This document shows, piece by piece, positions 62,928 to 64,000 of a stretch of DNA of 64,000 nucleotides. This DNA comes from the human T2T-CHM13v2.0 reference genome, Homo sapiens, in NCBI RefSeq assembly GCF_009914755.1, contig NC_060940.1; one strand, given 5' to 3'. A program made the translations under genes and the position numbers. Below the pieces are notes generated by a model that made no database searches, was not told where the DNA came from, and saw only the letters and a program-made list of their open reading frames with translations. The number at the start of each line of letters is the position of its first letter. Positions within the stretch are counted from its first letter, which is position 1.

Positions 62928-63499
62928 TTTTTTTTTCTGTCTATAAGTTTATTCAATGCAAAATAATCCTCTCCAGTTTTACTGAGGTCACTGACCACAC
63001 CCACAACCAAATCTGCTTCTAAACTGGAATTTGGTTGCTGACCCAACCCCGGCCTCGGCTTTCTCATCGGACCAGGGGACACAGCACTCTGTCTGTGGCT
63101 TCCCCTTTTGTGAGCTTTGCGGGTTGCTCACCCTCCAGACCTTTAGGCCAAAGCCTGCCAGTCTCTGGATGCCTGTGGTATAGGGTGGAAGGCACAGTCT
63201 CACGGGGCAGATGGAGGTAATCAGAGATACTGGATACCGTCGTTGGTAAGGTACCAGTAGAAATGTCTCCAGACAAACCGTTCCTTCACGTAGCCTTAAG
63301 ACTTGAGAGACTGCATGGCCTTCATGATGTAAAGGTTGGGCACATTCTTGTCTTCTGCCAGGTCTGGGTACTTAGGAAGGTGGACATCCTTCTTGGCCAC
63401 CATGACTCCCTCCTTAAAAAGGAGTTCATAGATGGCAATCCCGTTCTTCTTAGGCATCAGCATCTTGGTGGCTGCAGGGCCCAGTTCCGGGGCTGGAGA
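62928..63499 (-). pseudogene. RPS10 (40S eS10) processed pseudogene; CDS-equivalent 63463-62979
   Basis: [31 protein letters not shown]...SLKS* and ...KAEAGVGSATKFQFR. Intronless, AATAAA at 62953-62948, A9 tail, TSD GACCTGCA (62920-62927 / 63500-63507). Stop at 63296-63298 plus frameshifts. Confidence 0.95.
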
Positions 63500-64000
63500 G
63501 ACCTGCAACTTAACAGAGATCGCATCTTCCAAGTCAAGACATTTGAAGGAAGAGATGCTAATCCATCCCGTAGAAGACAATATTGTGTCTCTAGTAAATG
63601 TTGGATGTGCTTTTGATTACTCAGAAAAATTTTTATATAACCTATTTTCCACATCTCCCAAACTAGATCATAGCAGTGGGGCTTAAAGGGTATGCAAACT
63701 TCAAACTTTTTAGATTAAACTTAACTCTTCGGTAGGAAAGGTGAAGGACTGGTAGGAAAAGGAAAACTAGAAAGATATTTGCCGTTTTCTTCCGTTTATA
63801 ATTAACTCCCTATTCTAGACTACCTTCTGTTGTATCTACTTGGACTAATGGGGAAGATGTTTAAGGATTTGCAGGTGCAAAAAGTATCCTAAAAAGATAG
63901 CTTCCCCACTTCCCTTCTCTTTCTTCTCCCCAGTAATTCTCCTTGTACATTTGAAATGGGCTGTATAACATCATCATAGCCTTTGGAAATGACACCTAAA

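Overview
Human (hominid) genomic DNA, extremely Alu-dense (roughly 70 Alu pieces). It contains no prokaryotic, CRISPR or viral system. The main feature is the 5' part of a minus-strand, intron-containing duplicate of PDXDC1. I reconstructed exons 1-13 by hand: all have GT-AG boundaries and total 1137 coding-equivalent nt. Exon 6 carries an in-frame TAG at codon 189, so this is most likely the unprocessed pseudogene PDXDC2P (16q22 segmental duplication). The CpG-island promoter lies at about 48.8-50.2 kb. The introns hold the Alu-junction hairpin MIR1972 (+ strand), a 5'-truncated L1PA with an intact RT-coding stretch, and a full-length SVA (probably SVA_E) with TSDs and an exact 303-bp duplication in its VNTR. 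An RPS10 processed pseudogene lies at 62.9-63.5 kb. The best unexplained signals are four. (1) A 115-bp non-Alu inverted repeat bracketing 1.4 kb of intron 1. (2) A candidate alternative exon that would give an Arg-rich in-frame N-terminus. (3) An open downstream frame with an ATG 20 codons after the premature stop. (4) A probable rearrangement junction at about 59,470. Comparisons to reference proteins and repeat consensuses are from recall and need alignment to confirm.
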